Part shown: piece after piece, positions 36,526 to 48,636 of the stretch
Position numbering within the stretch: position 1 is the first letter of the stretch
Layout of the letters: each line of letters starts with the position of its first letter
Origin: Macrostomum hystrix
Taxonomy: Eukaryota; Animalia; Platyhelminthes
NCBI GenBank assembly: GCA_950097015.1
Contig: CATNEN010000032.1
Coordinates: 62,001 to 126,000 of the forward strand
Direction: 5' to 3'
Length of the DNA: 64,000 nucleotides
Notes under the pieces: model-generated
Told to the model about the DNA's origin: nothing
Seen by the model: only the letters and a program-made list of their open reading frames with translations
Databases searched by the model: none
Program-made: the position numbers and the translations under genes

Positions 36526-39410
36526 AGGCATTCTATTATCCCCTCTGTTCTTCAGGCATTCTATTATCCCCTCTGTTCTTCAGGCATTCTATTATCCCCT
36601 CTGTTCTTCAGGCATTCTATTATCCCCTCTGTTCTTCAGGCATTCTATTATCCCCTCTGTTCTTCAGGCATTCTATTATCCCCTCTGTTCTTCAGGCATT
36701 CTATTATCCCCTCTGTTCTTCAGGCATTCTATTATCCCCTCTGTTCTTCAGGCATTCTATTATCCCCTCTGTTCTTCAGGCATTCTATTATCCCCTCTGT
36801 TCTTCAGGCATTCTATTATCCCCTCTGTTCTTCAGGCATTCTATTATCCCCTCTGTTCTTCAGGCATTCTATTATCCCCTCTGTTCTTCAGGCATTCTAT
36901 TATCCCCTCTGTTCTTCAGGCATTCTATTATCCCTTCTGTTCTTCAGGCATTCTATTATCCCCTCTGTTCTTCAGGCATTCTATTATCCCTTCTGTTCTT
37001 CAGGCATTCTATTATCCCCTCTGTTCTTCAGGCATTCTATTATCCCCTCTGTTCTTCAGGCATTCTATTATCCCCTCTGTTCTTCAGGCATTCTATTATC
37101 CTCTCTGTTCTTCAGGCATTCTATTATCCCCTCTGTTCTTCAGGCATTCTATTATCCCTTCTGTTCTTCAGGCATTCTATTATCCCCTCTGTTCTTCAGG
37201 CATTCTATTATCCTCTCTGTTCTTCAGGCATTCTATTATCCTCTCTGTTCTTCAGGCATTCTATTATCCCTTCTGTTCTTCAGGCATTCTATTATCCCCT
37301 CTGTTCTTCAGGCATTCTATTATCCCTTCTGTTCTTCAGGCATTCTATTATCCCCTCTGTTCTTCAGGCATTCTATTATCCCCTCTGTTCTTCAGGCATT
37401 CTATTATCCCCTCTGTTCTTCAGGCATTCTATTATCCCCTTTGTTCCTAAGGCATTCTATTATCCCTTCTGTTCTTCAGGCATTCTATTATCCCTTCTGT
37501 TCTTCAGGCATTCTATTATCCCCTCTGTTCTTCAGGCATTCTATTATCCCCTCTGTTCTTCAGGCATTCTATTATCCCCTCTGTTCTTCAGGCATTCTAT
37601 TATCCCCTCTGTTCTTCAGGCATTCTATTATCCCCTCTGTTCTTCAGGCATTCTATTATCCCCTCTGTTCTTCAGGCATTCTATTATCCCCTCTGTTCTT
37701 CAGGCATTCTATTATCCCCTCTGTTCTTCAGGCATTCTATTATCCCCTCTGTTCTTCAGGCATTCTATTATCCCTTCTGTTCTTCAGGCATTCTATTATC
37801 CCCTCTGTTCTTCAGGCATTCTATTATCCCTTCTGTTCTTCAGGCATTCTATTATCCCCTCTGTTCTTCAGGCATTCTATTATCCCCTCTGTTCTTCAGG
37901 CATTCTATTATCCCCTATGTTCTTCAGGCATTCTATTATCCTCTCTGTTCTTCAGGCATTCTATTATCCCCTCTGTTCTTCAGGCATTCTATTATCCCTT
38001 CTGTTCTTCAGGCATTCTATTATCCCCTCTGTTCTTCAGGCATTCTATTATCCTCTCTGTTCTTCAGGCATTCTATTATCCTCTCTGTTCTTCAGGCATT
38101 CTATTATCCTCTCTGTTCTTCAGGCATTCTATTATCCTCTCTGTTCTTCAGGCATTCTATTATCCCCTCTGTTCTTCAGGCATTCTATTATCCCCTCTGT
38201 TCTTCAGGCATTCTATTATCCCCTCTGTTCTTCAGGCATTCTATTATCCCCTCTGTTCTTCAGGCATTCTATTATCCCCTTTGTTCCTAAGGCATTCTAT
38301 TATCCCTTCTGTTCTTCAGGCATTCTATTATCCCTTCTGTTCTTCAGGCATTCTATTATCCCCTCTGTTCTTCAGGCATTCTATTATCCCCTCTGTTCTT
38401 CAGGCATTCTATTATCCCCTCTGTTCTTCAGGCATTCTATTATCCCTTCTGTTCTTCAGGCATTCTATTATCCCCTCTGTTCTTCAGGCATTCTATTATC
38501 CCCTCTGTTCTTCAGGCATTCTATTATCCCTTCTGTTCTTCAGGCATTCTATTATCCCCTCTGTTCTTCAGGCATTCTATTATCCCCTCTGTTCTTCAGG
38601 CATTCTATTATCCCCTCTGTTCTTCAGGCATTCTATTATCCCCTCTGTTCTTCAGGCATTCTATTATCCCTTCTGTTCTTCAGGCATTCTATTATCCCTT
38701 CTGTTCTTCAGGCATTCTATTATCCCCTCTGTTCTTCAGGCATTCTATTATCCTCTCTGTTCTTCAGGCATTCTATTATCCTCTCTGTTCTTCAGGCATT
38801 CTATTATCCTCTCTGTTCTTCAGGCATTCTATTATCCTCTCTGTTCTTCAGGCATTCTATTATCCCCTCTGTTCTTCATGGATTATATTATCCCCTCTGT
38901 TCTTCAGGCATTCTATTATCCCCTCTGTTCTTCAGGCATTCTATTATCCTCTCTGTTCTTCAGGCATTCTATTATCCCTTCTGTTCTTCAGGCATTCTAT
39001 TATCCTCTCTGTTCTTCAGGCATTATATTATCCCCTCTGTTCTTCAGGCATTCTATTATCCCTTCTGTTCTTCAGGCATTCTATTATCCCCTCTGTTCTT
39101 CAGGCATTCTATTATCCCCTCTGTTCTTCAGGCATTCTATTATCCCCTCTGTTCTTCAGGCATTCTATTATCCCTTCTGTTCTTCAGGCATTCTATTATC
39201 CCCTCTGTTCTTCAGGCATTCTATTATCCCCTCTGTTCTTCAGGCATTCTATTATCCCCTCTGTTCTTCAGGCATTCTATTATCCCTTCTGTTCTTCAGG
39301 CATTCTATTATCCCCTCTGTTCTTCAGGCATTCTATTATCCCTTCTGTTCTTCAGGCATTCTATTATCCCCTCTGTTCATCAGGCATTCTATTATCCTCT
39401 CGGTTCTTTA
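36526..39410. repeat. 28-bp satellite (TTCTATTATCCCCTCTGTTCTTCAGGCA)n, about 100 copies
   Basis: Read directly; the 997-aa and 656-aa ORFs repeat every 28 aa (3 units). Confidence 0.98.
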
Positions 39411-39971
39411 GAGATTCTAATGTCACCAGCACGAACTGAATGCTCACACAAAGTTATGAAATTGCGTCAATTTTTTTGTTCTCTACTTTTTTAGAACAGA
39501 AAAGCCTGCTTAGGTTTAACGAACAGAACCTGTATTTGATTTAGTTAAGCTTTATCTTTATTAATCTGTTGCATTTTCTAACACTTAGCTATTCGAAGCT
39601 ACTTTGATAGCTGATATAGGCGTATTTTGTCTCACATTTACAAGCCCGTGTTTTTGTCATATTCTGCCGGCCTGTCAGTCATTTAGCTCGCCCATCTTTA
39701 TCCAGTATCTAGTATTTCACAGACGCCAAAAGCATTTTATTAGTTAACATTGCTGCTAAAAATTGTAAGCCACAACTATCTTAGCAATAAATATTATTTT
39801 TCTATGAAACGTTTTTTGAAAAGAAAAACCCCTTTCAACAAAAACTTCTGAGATTATGTTCATGTCTTTATTCATTGTTATACTAACTTTTACAATTTTG
39901 CGGAGACACTACGTTACCTAATATACATTAGCACCGCCACTTTTTGACACAATCAAAAAGGAATGCGAAAA

Positions 39972-41128
39972 GTTAGACTGCATCTCAGACCGAATATCAT
40001 CTTGAGTTAGACTGCATCTCAGACCGAATATCATCTTGAGTTAGACTGCATCTCAAATCTGATGTCATCTTGAGTTAGACTGCATCTCAGATCGCATGTC
40101 ATCTTGAGTTAGACTGCATCTCAGACCGCATGTCATTTTGAGTTAGACTGCATCTCAGACCGAATATCATCTTGAGTTAGACTGCATCTCAGACCGAATA
40201 TCATCTTGAGTTAGACTGCATCTCAGACCGAATATCATCTTGAGTTAGACTGCATCTCAGACCGAATATCATCTTGAGTTAGACTGCATCTCAAATCTGA
40301 TGTCATGTTGAGTTAGACTGCATCTCAGATCGCATGTCATCTTGAGTTAGACTGCATCTCAGACCGCATGTCATCTTGAGTTAGACTGCATCTCAGACCG
40401 CATATCATCTTGAGTTAGACTGCATCTCAGACCGAATATCATCTTGAGTTAGACTGCATCTCAAATCTGATGTCATCTTGAGTTAGACTGCATCTCAGAT
40501 CGCATGTCATCTTGAGTTAGACTGCATCTCAGACCGCATGTCATCTTGAGTTAGACTGCATCTCAGACCGCATATCATCTTGAGTTAGACTGCATCTCAG
40601 ACCGCATATCATCTTGAGTTAGACTGCATCTCAGACCGCATATCATCTTGAGTTAGACTGCATCTCAGACCGCATGTCATCTTGAGTTAGACTGCATCTC
40701 AGACCGCATGTCATCTTGAGTTAGACTGCATCTCAGACCGCATGTCATCTTGAGTTAGACTGCATCTCAGACCGCATATCATCTTGAGTTAGACTGCATC
40801 TCAGACCGCATATCATCTTGAGTTAGACTGCATCTCAGACCGCATATCATCTTGAGTTAGACTGCATCTCAGACCGCATATCATCTTGAGTTAGACTGCA
40901 TCTCAGACCGCATATCATCTTGAGTTAGACTGCATCTCAGACCGCATGTCATCTTGAGTTAGACTGCATCTCAGACCGCATATCATCTTGAGTTAGACTG
41001 CATCTCAGACCGCATGTCATCTTGAGTTAGAGTGCATCTCAGACCGCATATCATCTTGAGTTAGACTGCATCTCAGACCGCATGTCATCTTGAGTTAGAC
41101 TGCATCTCAGACCGAATATCATCTTGAG
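39972..41128. repeat. 34-bp satellite (GAGTTAGACTGCATCTCAGACCGCATATCATCTT)n, about 34 copies
   Basis: Read directly. Confidence 0.97.
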
Positions 41129-41467
41129 TAACTCTCAATTCGGCGTCACCTCATATCTGGTTTTAGAGCACGACAAGGCGTGAGTCAGCCGTGAGTTTTC
41201 GTCCATGGTGAAGGATGAATTTACTGGTTATCTGAAAGTTAATTTGCTACACAGGTCGTGGTATCAATGCAGCACTGTCGCATTGCTAACATCCCTATAG
41301 TTTTCTAACGGATTGTGTTTATAAATAGCAGTTTTAGGCAGTTCTGTCACTCCTATTAGCATGTCACAGATAAGGCCCACGAACCGCCCGTCTTATATAG
41401 GCCAGGCCCTGTCCTACTCGGCGGCTTCTTTCATCTTCCTTCTTGGCCTCGGGACTGATATAGCGCT

Positions 41468-43203
41468 ATGCTGACTCTGTTAGTTCTTTCCGCGGTTCTG
41501 ACAGGCTGCAGTGCTGCCTGCCATCCGGATAGCGACGTACCGGCCCTCAACCTGTCGCCGACAGGTCTGCGCTGCTTGGTGGACAAAATCAATCGCGACC
41601 GGGAAGAGATGGAGTGGAACAACCAATCCGGCGGCCTCTATAATTCTAGTTGCATTGTCTCGGGCTGCATTGAGCCAGACGTCCTGCAGGCGGTCAACCA
41701 GTCCCAGTACTGCCGGGTGAAATTCAAGTCCATGCTATTTCCCAACGATGTGCCCTCCTTCCACGTGGCGATCATCTGTCTGGGTCCTGCTGGCAGGCGT
41801 GGCCAAGCCAGTGATCTGTGAGTGTCTCATTAGCCTCGATTGGGATTACACAGTTGGGGTTGTAGCCTGGTGGTAAGAGCGCCCGACTCACGACTTGAAG
41901 GCCGGGGGTTCGATCACCGACTCCTCTGGAACAATTTGTGTCCTTTAGACTTAACACTGCATTGTTTCAGTTCACTCAACTGTTAAATGGGTACCAGCAT
42001 TACTTGGTACTTGGGTGTGGCGTCCCCCCAGTCCATGGACTGAACAGCTGTACGCAGGCTTCAGATGCGCCTCGCAATTGCTGCGGCTGTGCTTAAAGTC
42101 GACCATAAGGAAAAAAATTTGCGTTCTTAAACAGAAAATGTATGCCTTTATTGATGGTTTTTGCCACGCGACACCCCGACGAGAGTCGTTGAATATCTCG
42201 ACGATGCTGATGTTTTGCCATTCTGGACGTTGTTTCATCTGATAGAGCAGAAAATTTTAACCCGTGATCTGCATTTTCATGACGATCGGTTGAATACTTT
42301 GAAAGATACAGAAAAGATGTGAGCATTTCAATGTTAATATGTTAATAGATGTTAATGGGAATTGTCTACAGACTAAAAAAACAAAGTCCATCAAAACGCA
42401 CAGGGAGAACTTTGAGTCAGAATTCCGAAGGCACCGGACTCAGAGGATGGGAAAATCAGCCAAGCTCAGCCATTTCTATTACACGTTTAAGAAAGATTTC
42501 TCCAGAGAAAAGTACCTAACAATAATCTCTAAACCAGAACAAAGGCGCACAATGTCCCGATTTCGTCTAGGAAACCACGAACTGGCCTGTGAGACATTGC
42601 GCACTGTAAGACCGAAAATCGCCTATGAAAACAGAACATGTCCAAAATGTAGAGTCGAGGTAGAGAACGAAACTCATATTCTCTTTGGATGCGATTGGTC
42701 CGTTTATGTTCCAATTAGAAACAAATTCACAGAGAAAGTAGCAGGCAACTGTTCGAAATTTCGAAAGCCTAACAGCTGATGACTAAATTGTGTATTTAAT
42801 GACATAGGAAAGCACAGAATTAACAGAAAGTTTTGTGGACTTCATCGAAAGCATACTTCAAGCTAGATAAAAAAGCCACTGCCCTGCAGAGGCATAGTTA
42901 GAATGCTTGATTATAGGTTGAGTTCTAGTTTTCTTATATTTTATCGTAACTCGCAAAAACACAATAGCTATTCTCCTTTCGGGAGCGAAGAGATTTCAGT
43001 CTCAGTTTTAATTTTCTCTTAAAATTTCAATATTTCATTTTTTGTTTTAATGCCTTTGTTAACAAATTTCAAATATTTTTATTCACCTAAAATTAATCTT
43101 ATGCATGCTACTGTTTTTCTATCGCATTTTTAAATCGAATTGTTCAGCCTTGTTACCAACATCAAATAAACAAAACATCTGCATAATATTGTTATAAAAA
43201 TAT

Positions 43204-43234
<31 letters not shown>

Positions 43235-43412
43235 AATAATAAGCAATCTCTGCGAACCAAATTTCAGAGCGCACTGCCGGCCTGCGTACAGCCACTTCAT
43301 GTCCATTCGCAGAGTCAGCCTGACCCGGGTGAAGCATGTCATTCACAAGATTGAAATGGGATGTTTCTTAGATCAGACATTTCTGGCCCCAAAATGGACT
43401 GGGAAATATTAG
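41468..43412 (+). CDS. Orphan secreted Cys-rich glycoprotein; exons 41468-41817 and 43268-43412 (164 aa predicted)
   Basis: Hydrophobic signal peptide MLTLLVLSAVLTGCSAA; four N-x-S sequons; donor CT|gtgagt at 41818; acceptor tttcag|A at 43267 keeps the frame open to TAG at 43410-43412. Exon 2 assignment is less certain than exon 1. Confidence 0.6.
41856..42016 (+). mobile_element. tRNA-derived SINE family 1, copy B (intronic)
   Basis: A box TAGCCTGGTGG, B box GGTTCGATC, CORE-like tail CAGTTCACTCAACTGTTAAATGGGTACC; homologous to 3148-3297. Confidence 0.78.
42339..42870 (+). mobile_element. 5'-truncated non-LTR retrotransposon (LINE) ORF2 C-terminal fragment
   Basis: FSREKYL...RRTMSRFRLGNHELACET...RTCPKCRVEVENETHILFGC matches the post-RT region and CX2CX8HX4C finger of L2/CR1-group ORF2. 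Stops interrupt the tail. Confidence 0.8.
43203..43241. repeat. (AAT)n microsatellite
   Basis: Read directly. Confidence 0.95.
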
Positions 43413-44038
43413 TTTACATATTTTACTCAACTCCTCGTCACAATGAACTTTTCATCGTTTGTACACATATCCATGCTTCACATAAACACTAGGCTGTTTA
43501 CTTCTATTTAGTTCAATCGATAGTTCAATATATACTGTTTTTACAAGCGTAATAAGCTAAAAACAAATAAATATTCAGGTGAAACCATTTATGTCCAACA
43601 GTTTTGAGACATACTTAATTCGGTTGTGCAACCAGCAAATATAAATTTATGCTGCATAAAACAGTAGAAATTATATTTTCTTAAATCCCGTTCAAAGTCA
43701 AGTCAAGTAAGGACAAGATTAAACAACGAACAAATAGCAGCAACAGTCAATAGGCCAGGCTAGTCTCGAATCCGTGTAAACTGCTTCTGCTGAAAAGAGT
43801 CTAATTAGTGAACAAAACGATAGAGTTAACGGTATCGAAATTCGCGTTAAATATTTATAAAACAGTTTTTTCTCTTAAACAACACACATTGTTGTGTGTA
43901 AGGGACCCGAGCAGCAGGAACGCGTGTCAAGATACCTTCCATATTTTATTAGTATAAGGTATTACGCCACATAAATATCACTATCTCGAAAGTTACATTA
44001 TGAAACTTGCTGTTAATTTTAATAGAGTTAGGCGGCGG

Positions 44039-46940
44039 TCACACCTGGGGCAGGTAGTTTTCAACCCGCTCCAGAAGCGCATCGGAGTAGCCTGGGCTGT
44101 AGTACTTGACAATCTCCTCCGGGTAGCAGTTGTTGATGGTGTTGATGTACTCCGCCAGGGCGCTGCCCGGCTCCGCCCGGATCTCCTGGATCTTCTTCAA
44201 GCCGCCGGAGGTGACAAACAGGCGGCGCGACTTCGGATTGTGCGGCAGTACCTTGCTGAACTGGGCCACGACATGCTTGAGGATGTTTGCCGGGGCCTCC
44301 TGCAGCAGCGGCTCCAGGGCTTCCAGGTGGACGCACTTTTGCAGGATGTGCTTCAGGGCCTTCTTCGACTGCGGGTGCGGTTGAAGCGACGGGTGGATTA
44401 AAGATCATTCGAAAATACTACTCATGGGCCATTCAGGCAGTAGTATAGCTTTCGGGAGGATTTAGTCGGGTCTATCCTTGAGCTAGAAAATCGCCACTGC
44501 TATTGCCTTAACTGCCTGCTCACCTTGATCTGCAGGTCCTCGCTGACATCGGGTCGCAGGTAGGCGCGCAGCAGTTTCGGCAGCACGTTGGCCTGCGCCA
44601 CAGACTTGGCGTGCTCAGGCGAATGCCGGCCGATTTGGCCCAGGGACCAGGCCGCCGCAGCCTGGATGTGGTCCTCCGACTCAGTCTGGAGCACGGCGTC
44701 CAGTGTTAGGACACCCTGCAGGTGGACGGATGAGGCGTACAGTTTCGTATTTAGGGAACTTCAAATTTAAATGAGGGTGTGAGTGGCAGTGCTGTCTAAC
44801 GCGTTTGCCTCTCGCACCAAGGTCCCTGAGCTTGATTCCGCTGCGAGGCTACATTTATATGGGGCGCAGCCGCGGAGAGAAAGCTTGGGGACTTAAAGCA
44901 ATTTTCGTCCATGGCGACCGACCCACAGGAAACAGTTAGAGCGTACACTGTCTGACAATGAAAAGTCAGGGCAGATGTACACACCTGTATGACAAGGGCG
45001 AAATATTTATGTAATCTATGAGGGATTGCTGCCATATGAAGGAAGCTCATGATGCATTTTGAAGGCCAATGTAATTAGAGATTAGGATTTTCACTGCTTG
45101 TGAAATTCTTAATTCTTAATAAGAAATGTCTTGGTGCTCATGACCCACCCTGGAAACAATGACAGCCATGGCTAGATTCTCCGAGTGCGCGGCAACGTAG
45201 CCCAGCATCATCACTCCTGGCAGGCGGACGTTGCCTCGGCTGTCGCCGACAAAATCAACGATAGCCGCGACGCCGCCAGCGTTGACAATGAGCTGCGACA
45301 GCTCGGGCGTGTGCTTGGCCACCTCGCGGATCAGGGTGGCGCAGTTTTTGCGCACGTACTCGTCCGGGTCCTTCAGGCATGTCAGCACAGCCGGGAAGAT
45401 CTCGGCTTCGACCACCATTTCAGCCAGGTCGACCTGCAAGGATCATATTGTTGGCGATTAGCGATTGTACGCCAGATTTCAGATTGAATAACAAAGAGAC
45501 AGCTGCGAAAATGACATACCGAATGCTTGGAGATCTGGGCCAGCGCTGAGAACACCTGTCGTTTGAGCTTAGCGTCAGGATTGAGCACCATCTGAGCCAG
45601 GTGGGCGATGGCTCCGGCGTCAACAACAGTCTGCGCCAGCTCCGGCGAGTGCTTGCTTATGTCGGAGAGGGCAGACGCGGCGATGCGTTTCAGGCTGAGG
45701 TCCGGCTCTTGAACGCACAGCACCAGCAGGGGAACGGCGCCGGCGTCCACCACTGCCTGCGCAAGCTCGGCGCTGTGCCTTGCGATGTAGCCCAGAGCCC
45801 AGGCGGCGCTCTCCTTCACGCCCGGATCGAACTCCTCCAGGCAGATGACCAGGGCGTCTAGGGCGCCGCAGTCAACGACGGCTTGGGCGAGCTCGGGCGA
45901 GTGCTTGGCCACGGCGCGCAGGACGAATGCGGCGGCCTTCTTGTAGAATCGCTGCTCGTATAGGATAGTTGAGAGAGAAGTAAAGGTAGATTTATGCTGC
46001 ACATAATAAACATGCTCTTTACACACGGTAAATCAGCCAACTACAACGGACATCAATGTGAACAACGGACAGTTGAATTCTGCTCACATTCTGCTCAGCA
46101 AGCGAGTAGACGAGCTGCGGCAGGATGTCACCTTTGACAACTGCCTCGGCCAAATCATCATTGTAGTTGGCCAGCCGGCCCAGAGCCAGGGCAGCGGTCT
46201 GCTGGATGGTGGGCACAATGTCCAACAGCAGAGGCCGCAGTAGGGACATTACGCCGGCATTTTGAAGCGTCTCGATGTTCTGCGGCCGCGTGGCCAGCTC
46301 GGCAACAGTCTGCACAAACTGCGTGCGGGCCTTCTGGTACTGCTCGAATACTGCAGTTGAAGTTAGCAGTTGGTTGGATCGTTTTGTAGATTAGGTTTTA
46401 AAACACATAACCATTTTGTGGAAATAAAACTAAAGCACAGTACTATAAAGAAAAACTAGTGCTCGAAAAAATATTTTTGGACTTCTTGTTTTGCTTCTTG
46501 TTTAATCCACTCTTTAACCCATTGAGTAGATACACTCAGTCAAGAATTTGGGTTTACTATGCCTGTGTCATTAAATTAATATTTATTCATAAACTAAAAC
46601 TAGTGAAACAATGGATATTTTCAAATCGATTTTAGCCATGTGTTTATTTCTATAAAAATGTATAAGACCACATGAAATATTTAGTCAAAACAGTTTTGTA
46701 CATATCAAATAAATGTAACTTTTTACTAGATGTTTCATTGCAATGGTTCAATTTAAGGCTTAAATAATGTAAATATCATCGAAATACTTCCGCAAGAATT
46801 AATTAAATTATTGATCTATCGTCTTGACGTTTCGTATTTAATCTAGACGTCAAGAATACTAATGGATTATTTTTTTAATGGGAAAATATATCAATAGATA
46901 TTTTAGCCGACATACCCTGTAGAACCTGACGTTGACTCAT
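44039..46940 (-). CDS. SPAG6: Sperm-associated antigen 6 (PF16 orthologue, armadillo-repeat axonemal central-pair protein), 508 aa; exons 46940-46916, 46350-46088, 45951-45520, 45433-45149, 44715-44524, 44368-44039
   Basis: The spliced product MSQRQVLQVFEQYQKARTQFVQTVAELATRPQNIETLQNAGVM...YYSPGYSDALLERVENYLPQV closely matches SPAG6 as I recall it. All five introns are GT-AG and the exon lengths sum to 1527 nt. Confidence 0.97.
44775..44993 (+). mobile_element. tRNA-derived SINE family 2, copy A (SPAG6 intron 4)
   Basis: tRNA-like head (GAGTGGCAG...GCTTGATTCC) and 3' hairpin; aligns with 49471-49678. Confidence 0.72.
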
Positions 46941-48636
46941 TTTTGTGGTCGGCTGATCGATCGGCTACAACAAAGATATGCCCTTGCTGTACTGAAGAAA
47001 TTGAACCAAAAAAAGATAAATATCAAACTTAAAAATTATCCACTTTAGCTAATAACCATGGAAGCTAGTTACTATGAGTAGATTTTCATGTTTCAATTAA
47101 AAATGTATTAAAACACAAATATGAATCCATGATAGGATTTATATAGCAAAATAATATTTAAGCTCATCATAAACCTTGTGTCGTTTGTTAAAACTATTAA
47201 AACCGTAAAATCGTGAAAAAAAAACAGAGGCAAATTTATACATATATATAATGATGACCAAACTTCTTTTTAGGGCCCAGTAGATTGTTAATAACTTTCG
47301 AATGCACAATTAGATACTAGGAAAATTCTGTGAATCTAAGTTTTATATTTTTCCTTGCTAAACCGACCGGAAATTTCTATTTTAAAATGTATCATACAGA
47401 ATTTACATTAGCCGAATTCTGTATGATTTTTTCTATCCATTATGTTACTGCTCTATTTACAAAGTTCATTTTGCTTTAAATTTATTTTTTGGCCCGATTG
47501 TAACTTTTAAGTCTGAGTGATTGAATAATTGTTTTCATTTAGGCTTAAATATTTTATTAAAAAATGTTACACAGCATGCTCTTTCTATACTACACAAAAC
47601 TAAACCTCTTCTAATTAAGCCTTGCCGTATGCTGTGCAGTATTTGTATCAAGAACCACTAGCATTGTTATATCAGGACGTAACACTCGTGAATCGTGGAA
47701 AATTATTTGAAGGCCCATTCAAATACATTACACGAAGAAAATTCAATGGCCCATTTTTGCTTCTACAAAGTGAACAGAGGTTAAAGCAGAGTCTCTTGAC
47801 CTATTTTAACGAGGATATGGTCCTTGCATTGTATACGTACCATTCCCGTCGAGCTAATATGAATACATCTACAATATCTACAGCTACTCTAGTAGATGTA
47901 CATTAGACGAACAAACCGGGAAATCGGTTTAAAATTTAAGATTTTAATTAAATAGACATCGCATAAGTATTCAATTATGTTTACTTCGTATAGCCTATAC
48001 ACGCACTCCTTCTCTCTTCCTCTGACCTGACATCTCCTCTATCTCATCTGTTCTGTATAGTTACGTTATGATCATACTATAAGTGCTCATCACTTAGCGA
48101 ATAAAAGAATTTAAATTACTCTACGAGCCGGGATTACGTAAATTTTTAAGTAAGCTTAGTCGTAAAAGTACGTTCACTTTAATTGCCCTCGGGTATAGAT
48201 AAATATGGTGCAAAGTGTTTTCAACCTACTTTTTATTCATGTTTTGTTGGAACTATTGTTTAGTCATGAAGTTTACTTAGTTTCTAGAACTGTCATCCGT
48301 ACTATAATAAAGTGAATTAAATACGCACAGTGAAGCTGTTTTCTAAACTTAAACTTGCTTAACTTCCGTGCGGGGTCGTCATCCTATGCCAATTGTGGCT
48401 AGTGTACAAAACTTGTTAAATAATAGGATGTACATCTGCAGGTGTACATGCGAACTATAGTCTAACTTTCCTCATGAGCCTTTAAGACTTTAACAACCTA
48501 CCAGGGTATATGAGCAAGTTATGCAGCTTGACTTTTTTGCATTTATAAAAGCCTGCTCAATGGTCTGTGCATGGTTTTGATTTTGCGGAGTTCATAGTAA
48601 ACTAAACAAATCGGCAAGAACATCCTATGCAACTAA

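Noticed and set aside
36501-39494. 997-aa and 656-aa hydrophobic ORFs
   Set aside because: Translation of the 28-bp satellite; the same peptide appears in all three frames.
44000-46243. Plus-strand ORFs overlapping SPAG6 exons
   Set aside because: Antisense shadows of GC-rich coding exons.
47040-47090. RFX X-box-like motifs upstream of the ciliary gene SPAG6 (AACCATGGAAGC, GTTACTATG)
   Set aside because: Only half-site or multi-mismatch similarity to GTTNCCATGGNAAC.
47622-47906. 94-aa ORF in the SPAG6/RING-CH intergenic region
   Set aside because: TTG start, AT-rich, no motif or splice support.
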